Part shown: one piece after another, positions 10,171 to 20,050 of the stretch
Layout: each line of letters begins with the position of its first letter
Position numbering within the stretch: the first letter of the stretch is position 1
Assembly (NCBI GenBank): GCA_963726255.1
Contig: CAVSBL010000002.1
Location: forward strand, 672,001-736,000
Direction: 5' to 3'
Length of the DNA stretch: 64,000 nt
DNA from: Candidatus Bathyarchaeota archaeon
Lineage (GTDB): Archaea > Thermoproteota > Bathyarchaeia > 40CM-2-53-6
Made by a program: the position numbers and the translations under genes
The notes under the pieces: model-generated
Database searches by the model: none
What the model was told of the DNA's origin: nothing
Seen by the model: the letters and a program-made list of their open reading frames with translations, nothing else

Positions 10171-11524
10171 AGACAAGAACCCTATCCAGCTCCTGATCGA
10201 CTGGTTGAGCCAGCGACTTGAGCGAACAATATTCATGGGTCTGAAGTTTACACTCCCCAGGAAATTCGTAAGCCCTCTAGGATTCTTGGGTTTCTTGACT
10301 TTCACGGTTTTCGCGTTGCTCGGAATCTCGGGAGCCCTACTAATGCTGTATTACAGCCCCACGGTCATTTTCAACACAGCAACAGGGGCAGTAACCTCGC
10401 CATTCGATAGTGTGCAAAATATCAACAATGTTGTGCCGTTCGGCTCAGCGTTACGTAACATTCACTACCATGCCTCAAATGCCATGGTCCTCCTAGCCGT
10501 TGCACACATGTTTTACCAGTATTTCTCGGGGCGGTACAAACTACGCTACGAGGTCCTATGGGTTACCGGAATCATCATCGGGATACTCACGATAATCGAA
10601 GCCTATACTGGATATGACTTACTGCTAAATGTGCGCGGGATGCTCGCAATCAACATTGGTAGAGCACTTGCGCGAAGCACACCGTTCATGGGGCCGGAGG
10701 CCTTTCGACTCATGGCCGGAACCGGACTCGCTGATCTAATTCTGAGATTCTACGCAGTCCACGTCTTCATCTTCCCAATGATAATGATACTGATCATGAT
10801 GGTCCACTTCCCACGCTACATGGTCTTGGACATCCCGGTGGTGTCCATGGTCGCGGGCGCCATAATGGTGATCGGCGGCCTTTTCCCGGTTGAGCTGGGC
10901 GCAAAATTCATCCCCACGGCAGAGGCAGGCATCACGATGCCGGAGTGGTACCTTACCGGCATGTATGCCATCATACGGACTGGAATCGACAGATTCCTCG
11001 CGGGTGTAGTCATTCCGATGATATTCGTCATAGTCTTCTTAGTTGTTCCGTTCGTTGACACAAGTAGGAAGTTATTCGTTCGTGACCGTCCATTCTTTAC
11101 AGCGATGGGAGTTGCTGGACTAGGGCAACTTGCGCTGACGACGGTGTGGGGTTTCAGGGCGAACAATCTCTTTTTGCCGCTCGACAGTATTCCACAACTC
11201 GAAATTGACCCATTCATCTTCTTCGGTTCAGTAATTTTCATTGGCGCCGCCGCGTACGCACTCATCTACTTGTGGTTGAATGCTACAGCCCCTGCGCCGG
11301 GCGCACGTCCCACCCATGGTCGGAAGCAGTTTCCAATCTACAAGCTGAGCCCGAATGAATGGCGGGCGGTAGTGATCTCGCTTCTCGGATTCCAAGTGCT
11401 CTTCGACATTTACTCTTTCCAAGCGTTCCTGGCTAGTTTCAAGAACGTGGTTCTCCTGCAGATCGGTGTAGGGTTAATTGCGTTCGGGATATTGGTTCAT
11501 CTTTACCGAATTGGGGCGGAATAG
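10136..11524 (+). CDS. petB: Cytochrome b (b/b6 fused to subunit IV-like part)
   Basis: RNIHYHASN...H heme ligands, GYDL, RFYAVH...H, PEWY motif. Confidence 0.92.
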   Translation: MDMAATRPPRSEDKNPIQLLIDWLSQRLERTIFMGLKFTLPRKFVSPLGFLGFLTFTVFALLGISGALLMLYYSPTVIFNTATGAVTSPFDSVQNINNVVPFGSALRNIHYHASNAMVLLAVAHMFYQYFSGRYKLRYEVLWVTGIIIGILTIIEAYTGYDLLLNVRGMLAINIGRALARSTPFMGPEAFRLMAGTGLADLILRFYAVHVFIFPMIMILIMMVHFPRYMVLDIPVVSMVAGAIMVIGGLFPVELGAKFIPTAEAGITMPEWYLTGMYAIIRTGIDRFLAGVVIPMIFVIVFLVVPFVDTSRKLFVRDRPFFTAMGVAGLGQLALTTVWGFRANNLFLPLDSIPQLEIDPFIFFGSVIFIGAAAYALIYLWLNATAPAPGARPTHGRKQFPIYKLSPNEWRAVVISLLGFQVLFDIYSFQAFLASFKNVVLLQIGVGLIAFGILVHLYRIGAE

Positions 11525-11542
11525 AGTAGGAGAATAGTTGCG

Positions 11543-12001
11543 TTGGCGCAAACGCAAGCAAATCATGGGCCTTGGGTTGGAGCGACCGCCATACTGCTGC
11601 TACTACTCATGGGCACTGGAATGTTCTACTACCAGTACTACGTTTTACCCTCGCAAATCGGCCCGCCTCATGTGCCACAGAACATCACCATATACATCGT
11701 CGCCCAGCAGTGGGCGTTTATGGTTAACGGCACAGTTGACACACGCAATGTTCCGATCGTTGTTCACGTGGGAGATAATGTAACTTTCCACGTTCACGGA
11801 ATTTGGCAGCAGGATCCTTCGTTTAGCGAACATGGGTTCTTCATTCAAGGCATAATGGATACCCCACTAACGGTGGCCAAGGATCACGACATAACCGTAA
11901 CTATCGTTCCCACGCAACCTGGTGAGTATACAATAATTTGCACAATCTTCTGCGGCGCAGGCCATGGAGACATGCATGGGCTACTGGAAGTTCTACCGTA
12001 G
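11543..12001 (+). CDS. CuA-binding cupredoxin (heme-copper oxidase subunit II-like)
   Basis: TM, QQWAF, H...CTIFCGAGHGDM CuA motif. Confidence 0.85.
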   Translation: MAQTQANHGPWVGATAILLLLLMGTGMFYYQYYVLPSQIGPPHVPQNITIYIVAQQWAFMVNGTVDTRNVPIVVHVGDNVTFHVHGIWQQDPSFSEHGFFIQGIMDTPLTVAKDHDITVTIVPTQPGEYTIICTIFCGAGHGDMHGLLEVLP

Positions 12002-12013
12002 GAGCCCAGTGGA

Positions 12014-12901
12014 TTGCAAGCTACCGCAACACAAACACTGAAGAACTATGTTGAAGTCACGAAACCGCCGATAGTCTTCCTGCTTGTCTTTACGTCCCTC
12101 GCCACGATGATTATCGCATGGAGACAGACACTTCATCCAGTATCTCCTGAGTTGGTCATCGTAGCTATCATAGCAATAACCGCCGCCAGTGCCGGCTGTG
12201 ATACGCTTACGTCGTACGTCGATAGGGATATTGACGCGATAATGCACCGCACTAGACGCCGGCCTATTCCGAGTGGCAGGATCACTCCCACGAACGCCCT
12301 CCTTTGGGGTCTTTTTCTGGCCGCCATCGGGCTGGCATTGGCCTACTGGATCAATGCGCTTTCATTCCTTTGGATTGCTCTTGGTGTCGTTGACAATGTT
12401 ATCGTCTACAGCCTGTTGTTGAAACGGAGAAACCCACTGAACATCATTCTGGGCGGCGTAAGCGGCGGATTACCCGTCATGTTTGGCTGGAGCGCGGTTA
12501 CCAACGGAGTGGAACTGCTTCCAATTCTATTGGCGGCTTTGGTGGTCCTCTGGATCCCCGGCCACATCTGGAGCTTGGCCATATTCACCAGGGAAGATTA
12601 CAAGCGTGCACGAATTCCGATGTTGCCCGTGGTCACGAAACTTCGCACCGCTCTGAGGTGCATCGTCTCGACTGTGGTGCTTATGATTCCTTTCTCGCTT
12701 TGGATTTGGGTTGTGGGTGGGTTCGGGTGGCTTTACTTGGCCGTCGCAGCGGTATTCGGGGTTTGGGTTCTGTACATCAATGTCCAGCTGTTTGTCCATC
12801 CAGATAATGAGATGGCTTACAAGGCGTTCAAAGTTTCAAGCCCATATCTTTTCGCCTTGTTCTTCGCGATGATCGTTGACAGTTTGATTCGCGCAGTGTA
12901 G
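12014..12901 (+). CDS. cyoE: Protoheme IX farnesyltransferase (heme o synthase)
   Basis: TKP, DRDIDAIMHRTRRRPIPSG, YSLLLKRR, WIPGH, DYKRARIPMLP motifs. Confidence 0.93.
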   Translation: MQATATQTLKNYVEVTKPPIVFLLVFTSLATMIIAWRQTLHPVSPELVIVAIIAITAASAGCDTLTSYVDRDIDAIMHRTRRRPIPSGRITPTNALLWGLFLAAIGLALAYWINALSFLWIALGVVDNVIVYSLLLKRRNPLNIILGGVSGGLPVMFGWSAVTNGVELLPILLAALVVLWIPGHIWSLAIFTREDYKRARIPMLPVVTKLRTALRCIVSTVVLMIPFSLWIWVVGGFGWLYLAVAAVFGVWVLYINVQLFVHPDNEMAYKAFKVSSPYLFALFFAMIVDSLIRAV

Positions 12902-12903
12902 CC

Positions 12904-14070
12904 TTAGGATAAGAACGGTTTTAGGCCTCTCGGCGCCCTGCACGTGATTACGTCCTTGATTCCCTGAGTCCCCAAGACTCGCAGCAATAGGTGGAATATG
13001 ATATCGTTTCCCATGAAGTGGTCCGCTAGCCTCCTAAGCTTGGTAGAAACCACCATCTCCTTCCCCAGCGTCTGCTTCCATTCCCTCTCGTATTCCGAAA
13101 GTGGCGTTCCTTTCTGAACGTAGTCCGCGGCGACCTTCCCTGCAATTTCGCCCGTAATCATCGCGGTTGAAATTCCTCCGCCATTAGTAGGCATCACCAT
13201 GCCCGCGGCGTCCCCAACAGCCATCACATGTTCGGAATAGGTCGTGGCCAATGGTCCATCAACGGGGAGAACGTCAGCAATCATAGGCCCCGCTTTGCCA
13301 CCTTTGAGTTTCAACTTCGTTAGGGAACATTGATCGAGGAAGAATTGAAGGTAGCTTCTGCCATCATTTCGCCCAGAGTACGAGGTCCGTATTCCGATGC
13401 CAACGTTCGCAGAACGCCCGCCCTTCGGAATGATCCAGCCGTAGCCCCCTGGGGCTAGCTCAGTCCCAAGATACATTTCTGTTACGGCTTGGTCAACCGA
13501 CAATTCTGTCATTAGGTACTCATAGTTTATCGCAACGTTGTTTGGCGTCATGTAATCCTCGGTGAGAATGCCAGCTGACTTAGCGACTTTGGAGGGAAAT
13601 CCATCTGCCGCGATGACCACTTTCGCTCGGACTGCATCCTGTCTAGTTCTGCCGACGCTCATGTTGTCGTTCTCAACGAATAGGTCGACAGGAGTCCGTA
13701 GCTGAACTGTGCCACCTAGATTTTGGACCTCTTGTGCAGTGCGTTGTTCTAGTTTGGTCCTGTCCAGAATGTAGGCTTCGAAATCGAATTCGTATTCACT
13801 GCCTTTCGGCGATATCACACGGATGCTCTTGCAAATGTTGTCCACAGATTCCTTTGGAATATCGAAGACGTGCATGTAAGCGCCAGCACCCGGCAGCAGG
13901 TACTCCATCTCCTTGCGTACTGGAAAGTATTCACCGCATTTCACTGGTGTGCCCACGACTGTTTTCTTGTCGAATACGTGAACGGTTAGACCGCGTTTGA
14001 GGGCCTGAACGGCGGCATAGAGGCCCCCTGGGCCAGCTCCAGCCACGACTAGGTCGACTTCTTTTTGCAA
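12904..14070 (-). CDS. Digeranylgeranylglycerophospholipid (geranylgeranyl) reductase family
   Basis: GAGPGG, KCGE, PGGYGWIIP, GDAAG...GGGI motifs. Confidence 0.9.
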   Translation of the reverse strand: MQKEVDLVVAGAGPGGLYAAVQALKRGLTVHVFDKKTVVGTPVKCGEYFPVRKEMEYLLPGAGAYMHVFDIPKESVDNICKSIRVISPKGSEYEFDFEAYILDRTKLEQRTAQEVQNLGGTVQLRTPVDLFVENDNMSVGRTRQDAVRAKVVIAADGFPSKVAKSAGILTEDYMTPNNVAINYEYLMTELSVDQAVTEMYLGTELAPGGYGWIIPKGGRSANVGIGIRTSYSGRNDGRSYLQFFLDQCSLTKLKLKGGKAGPMIADVLPVDGPLATTYSEHVMAVGDAAGMVMPTNGGGISTAMITGEIAGKVAADYVQKGTPLSEYEREWKQTLGKEMVVSTKLRRLADHFMGNDIIFHLLLRVLGTQGIKDVITCRAPRGLKPFLS

Positions 14071-14139
14071 ATTTCCCGCCGCAAGAGGATGATGTTATTT
14101 GATTCGGCGAGTGCGTCAAAAAAATGGTTCGGTTAGGGC

Positions 14140-15600
14140 TTAAGGACTCAGGCTGACGCCGGCGGGCAAAAGGTAGTTTGCGACCTTAAGCAGGTAGTTA
14201 AGAATGGGTCCCGGGTATATCCCGACGACCACGATGATTACTGTCGATACCAGCAGCACGGCAACGAGTGAAGTTGGCTCGCGTAACCTGCCGGAGGTCG
14301 TTGGTTCGTCGAAGTACATTCGTTTCACCACCCAACCGTAGTAGGCCATTGAGAACGCGCTGTTCAGGACTCCGGCCAATGCCAGCCACCACAGTTGCCC
14401 GTTTACGGCTGCAGTGAAGAGAACAAGTTTGCTCATGAATCCGCTCAGCGGCGGGACTCCAGCTAGCGCGAACAACGAGATAGTGAGCGTGAACGCCGTT
14501 ATGGGCATGCGCTCACCTAAACCTGAGTAGGAATCCAGCGACGTCGTAGACATTCGACTGTAGACTGTTGCTGCCGCGACGAAAGCAGCCGTCTTCATTA
14601 CGCCGTGGTTGAGAATATGAAACAAAGCACCCGCAATTCCCAGTGGGTTCGGGGCGGCAAGTCCGATGAGAATATAGCCCGCTTGGGCAATGCTCGAATA
14701 CGCAAGCATCCTTGTGAAACTCTTCTGCATTAGGGCGGCGATGTTACCTAGCGTCATTGTCAAAATCGCGATGATTGCAAATGTCCCTGACCAATCCAAG
14801 CGGAGCGCAATTAGAGCAACTGTGAAGATTCTGATGAGGGCTGCGAAACCCCCGTTCTTCGTTCCAGCCGCGAGAAAGGCCCCAATAGTTATCGGTGCGC
14901 CTTCGTACGCGTCAGGAATCCACATGTGGAAAGGCACAGCCGCGACCTTCATCCCAAATCCCGCGACGAACAGGACCATTGCCAGAAGTGCTAAAGGATT
15001 AAGCTTCGGAAGAACCACGCCGAACTCTTGCGCAACGAGGTAAATGTTCGTGGTCCCGGTTATGCCGAAGGTCAGGGAAATTGCGTACACAATTAGAGCT
15101 GATGATAAGGCGCTCAAGATGAAGAACTTCAGAGCAGCTTCATTCGAAATCGGATCATCCTTCTGTATTCCAGTTAGAATGTAGCTTGGGATATTCATCA
15201 ACTCCCAAGCAAGGAACAATGCGATTAGGTCCACTGACAGAGAGACCAAAATCATTCCAAAGGTCGCGAGCAAAAGCAGCGCGAAATATGTGTCAAGGTT
15301 CTTGTTGGCGCGCATGTAATGGATGGAAGCGACGCCAATAAGAAGCGTAATTCCGACAAAAACAGCGGCGAAGTATACAGAAAAGCCGTCAATCGAAAGA
15401 ACGTTGAGGACCAATTGAGGCTGCGGAAAACCTTGGGCCAGTATTGCGGCTATTGCGCCAAGAGTTACTAAGAGGCCCGCGAGGGACCAGTAGGTAACAA
15501 GAGAGCGAACACGAATCCTGTTGGAAAGGCCCTGAACCAATGGGATAAGAATACTGAAAAATGGAAGGGTGAAAAGCAGGAGGGCCGTCGTCAGCTGCAT
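14140..15600 (-). CDS. nuoN: NADH-quinone oxidoreductase subunit N
   Basis: EAALKFF, KVAAVPFHMWIPDAYEGAP, RMLAYSSIAQAGY. Confidence 0.92.
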   Translation of the reverse strand: MQLTTALLLFTLPFFSILIPLVQGLSNRIRVRSLVTYWSLAGLLVTLGAIAAILAQGFPQPQLVLNVLSIDGFSVYFAAVFVGITLLIGVASIHYMRANKNLDTYFALLLLATFGMILVSLSVDLIALFLAWELMNIPSYILTGIQKDDPISNEAALKFFILSALSSALIVYAISLTFGITGTTNIYLVAQEFGVVLPKLNPLALLAMVLFVAGFGMKVAAVPFHMWIPDAYEGAPITIGAFLAAGTKNGGFAALIRIFTVALIALRLDWSGTFAIIAILTMTLGNIAALMQKSFTRMLAYSSIAQAGYILIGLAAPNPLGIAGALFHILNHGVMKTAAFVAAATVYSRMSTTSLDSYSGLGERMPITAFTLTISLFALAGVPPLSGFMSKLVLFTAAVNGQLWWLALAGVLNSAFSMAYYGWVVKRMYFDEPTTSGRLREPTSLVAVLLVSTVIIVVVGIYPGPILNYLLKVANYLLPAGVSLSP

Positions 15601-15729
15601 CAGCTTCGCCTTTCCAAGAACGCCCTAGGTGAAATTCCTTCACGTAAATAACGTTTCGCAGTGAGAGAGCAAACGTTTTTCTTGCTGACGTTGAGATTCA
15701 TGGCGACTCCCGAAAATTGTGAACAAGCG

Positions 15730-16053
15730 ATGTCCGCAATAGAAACAGTCAAAATAATTGTCGACGCCGAGAAAGGAGCGGCGGAAATGCTCGAAAAAGC
15801 CCATGCGAAGGCATCGGAGATTCGCAAGGATTTGGAGAAGCGCATCAGAGCAGAGCGGGAGGAGATTCTGAAGTCAGCTAAGAAGGAGGCCGAAGCCATT
15901 GTTGAACAAGCGAAGCGAGATGGAAAGATGGAAGCTGAGGCTTACGAGAAAGAGGCTGTACTCAGAACAAAAGCGGTTGTAGCCAAAGCCTCCACGAGAA
16001 AGGGCCCTGCCGTCGACAAGCTCGTCAACCTCGTTTTGGGGGAAAAGACGTAA
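15730..16053 (+). CDS. atpH: A-type ATP synthase subunit H (peripheral stalk)
   Basis: Coiled-coil 'IETVKIIVDAEK...A...A' pattern; leads the E-C-K block; ATG at 15730 (ORF track 15661). Confidence 0.7.
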   Translation: MSAIETVKIIVDAEKGAAEMLEKAHAKASEIRKDLEKRIRAEREEILKSAKKEAEAIVEQAKRDGKMEAEAYEKEAVLRTKAVVAKASTRKGPAVDKLVNLVLGEKT

Positions 16054-16670
16054 TGTCTGAGACTAGTAGATTCACTGAAGATATTCTGGCTGTTGCTAAA
16101 GAAAAATCACAGAGTATAATCACGGAGGCGGAAACTGAGACCAAGCGCGCCTTGGACGAAGCCAAAGCCCACATCTCACGTGAAGCAGGCGAGATCATTC
16201 GCAATGCTCAGTCTGAGGCTGAGGGGGTCAAACGACGAGAAATAAGTGAAGCCCGACACAGATTGAAACTTCAGGAGCAGCAGGAGAAAAGCAAAATACT
16301 CTCCGAAGTCCTAGAAGCGACCAAGAAACGTGTCATTGAGATTGTGAATGACGAGGGCAAATATACTCCGCACCTCTCGGCTTACATTGAAAGTGGCATC
16401 CGTGAACTTGGTTTACCAAGCGTTACCGTCCACCTTAATGCAACTGATTTGAAGCGAATCGATAAGGGCAAACTCGAACAGGAGATCGCCAAGCGGCTCG
16501 GGAAGCCGCCAAGGTTTGAATGGTCAAATGAACCAATTGACGCCCTAGGCGGAGCAATCGTATCCAGCAGTGACGGCCGAACACGAATAGTCAACACCTT
16601 GAACGAACGCTTTGAAGCTTTGGAGTCGAAACTGCTCGTCGAAGCAGGAAAACTACTCTTTGCGGATTGA
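16053..16670 (+). CDS. atpE: A-type ATP synthase subunit E
   Basis: N-terminal coiled coil; 'LGGAIVSSSDG...VNTLNERF' signature. Confidence 0.88.
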   Translation: MSETSRFTEDILAVAKEKSQSIITEAETETKRALDEAKAHISREAGEIIRNAQSEAEGVKRREISEARHRLKLQEQQEKSKILSEVLEATKKRVIEIVNDEGKYTPHLSAYIESGIRELGLPSVTVHLNATDLKRIDKGKLEQEIAKRLGKPPRFEWSNEPIDALGGAIVSSSDGRTRIVNTLNERFEALESKLLVEAGKLLFAD

Positions 16671-16691
16671 TGGTACCCTAGCGAGCCAAAA

Positions 16692-17723
16692 GTGCAAATG
16701 ACAGGAGCAGGAAGATACGCGGAGCTGGCCGCCGCCGTTCGCTCCTTCAAGGCTGAACTTATCCACCCAAGCCAGATTGAACGACTTGTCGAAGCTGGCT
16801 CACTTTCCGAAACCGCCAACATTTTGACTGGAGGCCACGTTACAACTGCCGACAGCTCCGATCTTACCTCAGTGGAATTCTACCTAATTCAGAACGTAAT
16901 CGAGATTACGCACAGGTTAGCAGCGTACGCGCCTCATGACTCCCGTGGCCTGATAAAGCTGTTCGCGACCTCATACGAGCTCTCTTGCGTTAAGGACATA
17001 CTGAAGGCTATAGCTGACCAAATTGAGCCTGATGAAGCGATAAGGTATGTTGTGCCGGCTGGACGTTTCACATTTGAAAGATGTAAGGAACTTGTCGAAT
17101 CACATAACCCTGCAAGGGTCGTAGAAACATTAGAAGACGAAGCGCTCAGACGATTCGTAACGCCAAGGCTGGCGGGAGATAGGGGTGGAATGCTTTCTAT
17201 TGCCGCAATAGACCAATACTATTTCGGCAGGTTGTGGGCGGCATCTAATTTGCCTGACCCACTGGACGCACTGTCAGCGAGGGGTTTGGTTGGAGAAGCA
17301 ATCGACCACTTGAACATACTCCTTGCGTTTCGTGCGCGCTTGGTCGGTCTCGATGCGAGAGCCACTTCAGACATGATGATCCCTGTGAACTACGCCCTAG
17401 GCCACGCGTTCACCGAACTCGGCGAGGCCACAAACGCACAGAGCCTAATGCGTGTGCTTGACAAAACCCCATACGCGCAATCGCTCGAGTTGCCGGGACC
17501 GATCGAAGGGGCGGCTATAGGTGTTGAACGCGCGTTGAAACGAAACCACGCAAAAAGTTGCTTAAACGCTTTTGCGGGTTCGCCGTTCAATGTCGGGCTC
17601 GCATTAGCGTATCTCTTCCTCAAGAACTATGAAATGCATGACCTCTTCAGCATAATAAACGGCAAGGCGAATAGCGTCCCCGCGGAACGCATGTTGGAAT
17701 CATTGATTTTGCAACTCGCTTAA
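16692..17723 (+). CDS. atpC: A-type ATP synthase subunit C (AC39 family)
   Basis: 'YAELAAAVRSFKAEL' start and 'AYLFLKNYEMHDL...GKA' end; 343 aa. Confidence 0.8.
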   Translation: MQMTGAGRYAELAAAVRSFKAELIHPSQIERLVEAGSLSETANILTGGHVTTADSSDLTSVEFYLIQNVIEITHRLAAYAPHDSRGLIKLFATSYELSCVKDILKAIADQIEPDEAIRYVVPAGRFTFERCKELVESHNPARVVETLEDEALRRFVTPRLAGDRGGMLSIAAIDQYYFGRLWAASNLPDPLDALSARGLVGEAIDHLNILLAFRARLVGLDARATSDMMIPVNYALGHAFTELGEATNAQSLMRVLDKTPYAQSLELPGPIEGAAIGVERALKRNHAKSCLNAFAGSPFNVGLALAYLFLKNYEMHDLFSIINGKANSVPAERMLESLILQLA

Positions 17724-17785
17724 CCTGGGCAAAGGATTATAATGCCATGCGAGTTGTAAGCGGCCTCGATAGGTGCTGAGCAGTA

Positions 17786-18124
17786 GTGAAGCCCAAACAC
17801 CAATTGATTTTGAGCTTCTTCCTGATGCTAGTCGGTGTAATCGCCATTTCTTCGATGACCGTTGTCGCTTTCTCCCAAGCCCCAACCCAAACTGACCAAG
17901 CCGTTGCGAGTGAGAAAGGCCTGTTCCTTGTCGGCGCAGGAATTGCGGCCGGCTTAGCATCGTGCGGTGCGGGCATCGGCCTCGGAACCGCAAGCGCTGC
18001 AGCTATCGGAGCTATCGCCGAAAAACCTGAAATGCTAGGCAGGACACTATTGTTCGTCGTGCTCATCGAAGCAATCGCAATCTACGGCCTCGCAATGTTC
18101 TTCATAATCTACTCGAGAATCTAA
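17786..18124 (+). CDS. atpK: A-type ATP synthase proteolipid subunit K (c)
   Basis: GAGIG...AEKPE...EAIAIYG hairpin with the conserved Glu, preceded by a signal-like segment. Confidence 0.93.
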   Translation: MKPKHQLILSFFLMLVGVIAISSMTVVAFSQAPTQTDQAVASEKGLFLVGAGIAAGLASCGAGIGLGTASAAAIGAIAEKPEMLGRTLLFVVLIEAIAIYGLAMFFIIYSRI

Positions 18125-18130
18125 ACTCCG

Positions 18131-18589
18131 ATGAAGAACGCCAAGGAACTCGGCGAAGCACTCAAAGCAAAATCCTTAACCGGATTAACCAAAGCTCTGA
18201 GCCATCTCGCTGAAAAGCTCGGTTACGAACTCAAGCCCCCGTTTACCCAGATAATTGAGCTCAAGGCAAAGGAGCAAAGAGGCCGTTTTGCGCTTCGCTT
18301 TGAGGCAAGCCTCGCTCTCCATTATTGTAACTTAGCGAATCAGCAAGAAGGCGTGGTTTTTGACATTCAGTTCGGCGGGAGCGCTATCGCAGATTCGCCA
18401 AGCCCGCCGATTGACGAACTCTTCTACGCTGGAATCGTACGTCGCTTCCAAGTCTACGGGTACGGGAGCGGTTGGAAAGGAAAACAGGTTGCGATGCAAA
18501 AGAGGTTCATCGATGAGCTGGAGGTTTCCTCGAATTTCATGAACGAAATCGATGTGGACAGCTTCTTTCAGCAACTCGAGAGCAAGTAG
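18131..18589 (+). CDS. Hypothetical protein
   Basis: 152-aa ORF filling the gap between atpK and the convergent nuoM. Confidence 0.55.
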   Translation: MKNAKELGEALKAKSLTGLTKALSHLAEKLGYELKPPFTQIIELKAKEQRGRFALRFEASLALHYCNLANQQEGVVFDIQFGGSAIADSPSPPIDELFYAGIVRRFQVYGYGSGWKGKQVAMQKRFIDELEVSSNFMNEIDVDSFFQQLESK

Positions 18590-18597
18590 CGTTCGCC

Positions 18598-20040
18598 TCA
18601 ATGGGCCATATGCTGTACGGTGGGGAGAATCACACTGAGTAGCAGGGACGGGTATAGCCCAAGGATCAGAAGCGGAACAAGGAATGCGCCTAGCGTTAGC
18701 AACGTATAGTATGGAGCCTCTCTGGATCCTACAGGCTTAGTCGGAGCTGCGAATAGGACCCGACGGAGCATCCACACGAAATAGCCTGCAGTTATACCTG
18801 GAACGAGCACGGCAACCGCGTAGAATGCGTTAACGGAGATGCCGGCAAGGATAATCGTATATTCACTAATGAAATTGCTGAAGCCAGGGAAGCCCATCGC
18901 ACCCAGCGAAGCCAATACGAGCAGAAAACTCGTCTTTGGCATTGCGTTTCCGAGGCCACCCAATTCTCGGATCGTGCGAGTGCCCATATGTTCGTGAATT
19001 ACCCCCGACATCAGGAACAAGGCTCCGATGACGCAAGCGTGGTTGAACATTTGGAAAACTGCGCCGCTGATTCCGGCAGTCGTGAGCGTGAACGCCCCTA
19101 ATAGAACGTAGCCCATGTGGTTTATGCTCGTCAGAGCAACCATTCGTTTGAAGTCCTGTTGGACAATCGCTACGAGACCCCCGTAGAACATCGTCAGCAG
19201 GCCGAAGCCGATGAAGACAGGGGCCAGATATTTGGAGGCTTCAGGCATGAGGAAGAGGTTCATTCGAATGAAACCGTACCCGCCCATTTTGAGGAGTAAA
19301 CCGGCGAGTAGAACACTGATGGGGGCCGGTGCTTCGACGTGGGCGTCGGGCAACCATGTGTGAAAAGGAACTATGGGCAGTTTGACTCCGAATCCGATGA
19401 AGAACCCGATTGAGATTAGGATCTGTGAGAGCAAGGGCAGGTGCATGTTCATCAAATCTAGAAAGTTGAAGGTGTGTGGAGTTGAGAGGACGTAGAGTGA
19501 AATGAAACTCAAGAGGAGCAGAATACTGCCCACGTGTGTCATGATGAGGAACTTCATTGCCGCGTATTTCTTTCGCGGCCCGCCCCATACTCCGATGAAG
19601 AAGAACATTGGAATGAGGACAAGTTCCCAGAAAACGTAGAAGGCGACTAGGTTCAGGGACGTGAAGACACCTATGATAGCGCCTTCAAAGAGGAGGAGCA
19701 GCGCGTTGTACTCTTTTACTCGGGAGGTTATCTGCTCCCATGATCCTGCGGCCGATAGGGTCGTCAGGAATGCTGAAATGATTAGGAGGGGGAGGCTGAT
19801 TCCGTCAACTCCAATCGTGTAACTCAATCCGAACTCTTTCGCCCAGTCGTATGTTTCGACTAGCTGGAAGCCAGGGGTGCTCCAGTTGAACGTTAGGAGT
19901 ATGAAGAGCACCAAGGCGATAGTAGAGGCGGAAATCAGAATCGTTAAAGCCTTGGAGACTTTGTCGCCGAGGTAACCGGCAAAATAAACGATGACTGCCC
20001 CGATGAAGGGCATGAAAACGAGGAAAGATAGCAGATACAA
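18598..20040 (-). CDS. nuoM: NADH-quinone oxidoreductase subunit M (second copy)
   Basis: FWELVLIPM, VKLPIVPFHTWLPDAHVEAP, LLKMGGYG. Confidence 0.92.
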   Translation of the reverse strand: MYLLSFLVFMPFIGAVIVYFAGYLGDKVSKALTILISASTIALVLFILLTFNWSTPGFQLVETYDWAKEFGLSYTIGVDGISLPLLIISAFLTTLSAAGSWEQITSRVKEYNALLLLFEGAIIGVFTSLNLVAFYVFWELVLIPMFFFIGVWGGPRKKYAAMKFLIMTHVGSILLLLSFISLYVLSTPHTFNFLDLMNMHLPLLSQILISIGFFIGFGVKLPIVPFHTWLPDAHVEAPAPISVLLAGLLLKMGGYGFIRMNLFLMPEASKYLAPVFIGFGLLTMFYGGLVAIVQQDFKRMVALTSINHMGYVLLGAFTLTTAGISGAVFQMFNHACVIGALFLMSGVIHEHMGTRTIRELGGLGNAMPKTSFLLVLASLGAMGFPGFSNFISEYTIILAGISVNAFYAVAVLVPGITAGYFVWMLRRVLFAAPTKPVGSREAPYYTLLTLGAFLVPLLILGLYPSLLLSVILPTVQHMAH

Positions 20041-20050
20041 CTCTGTTGCC

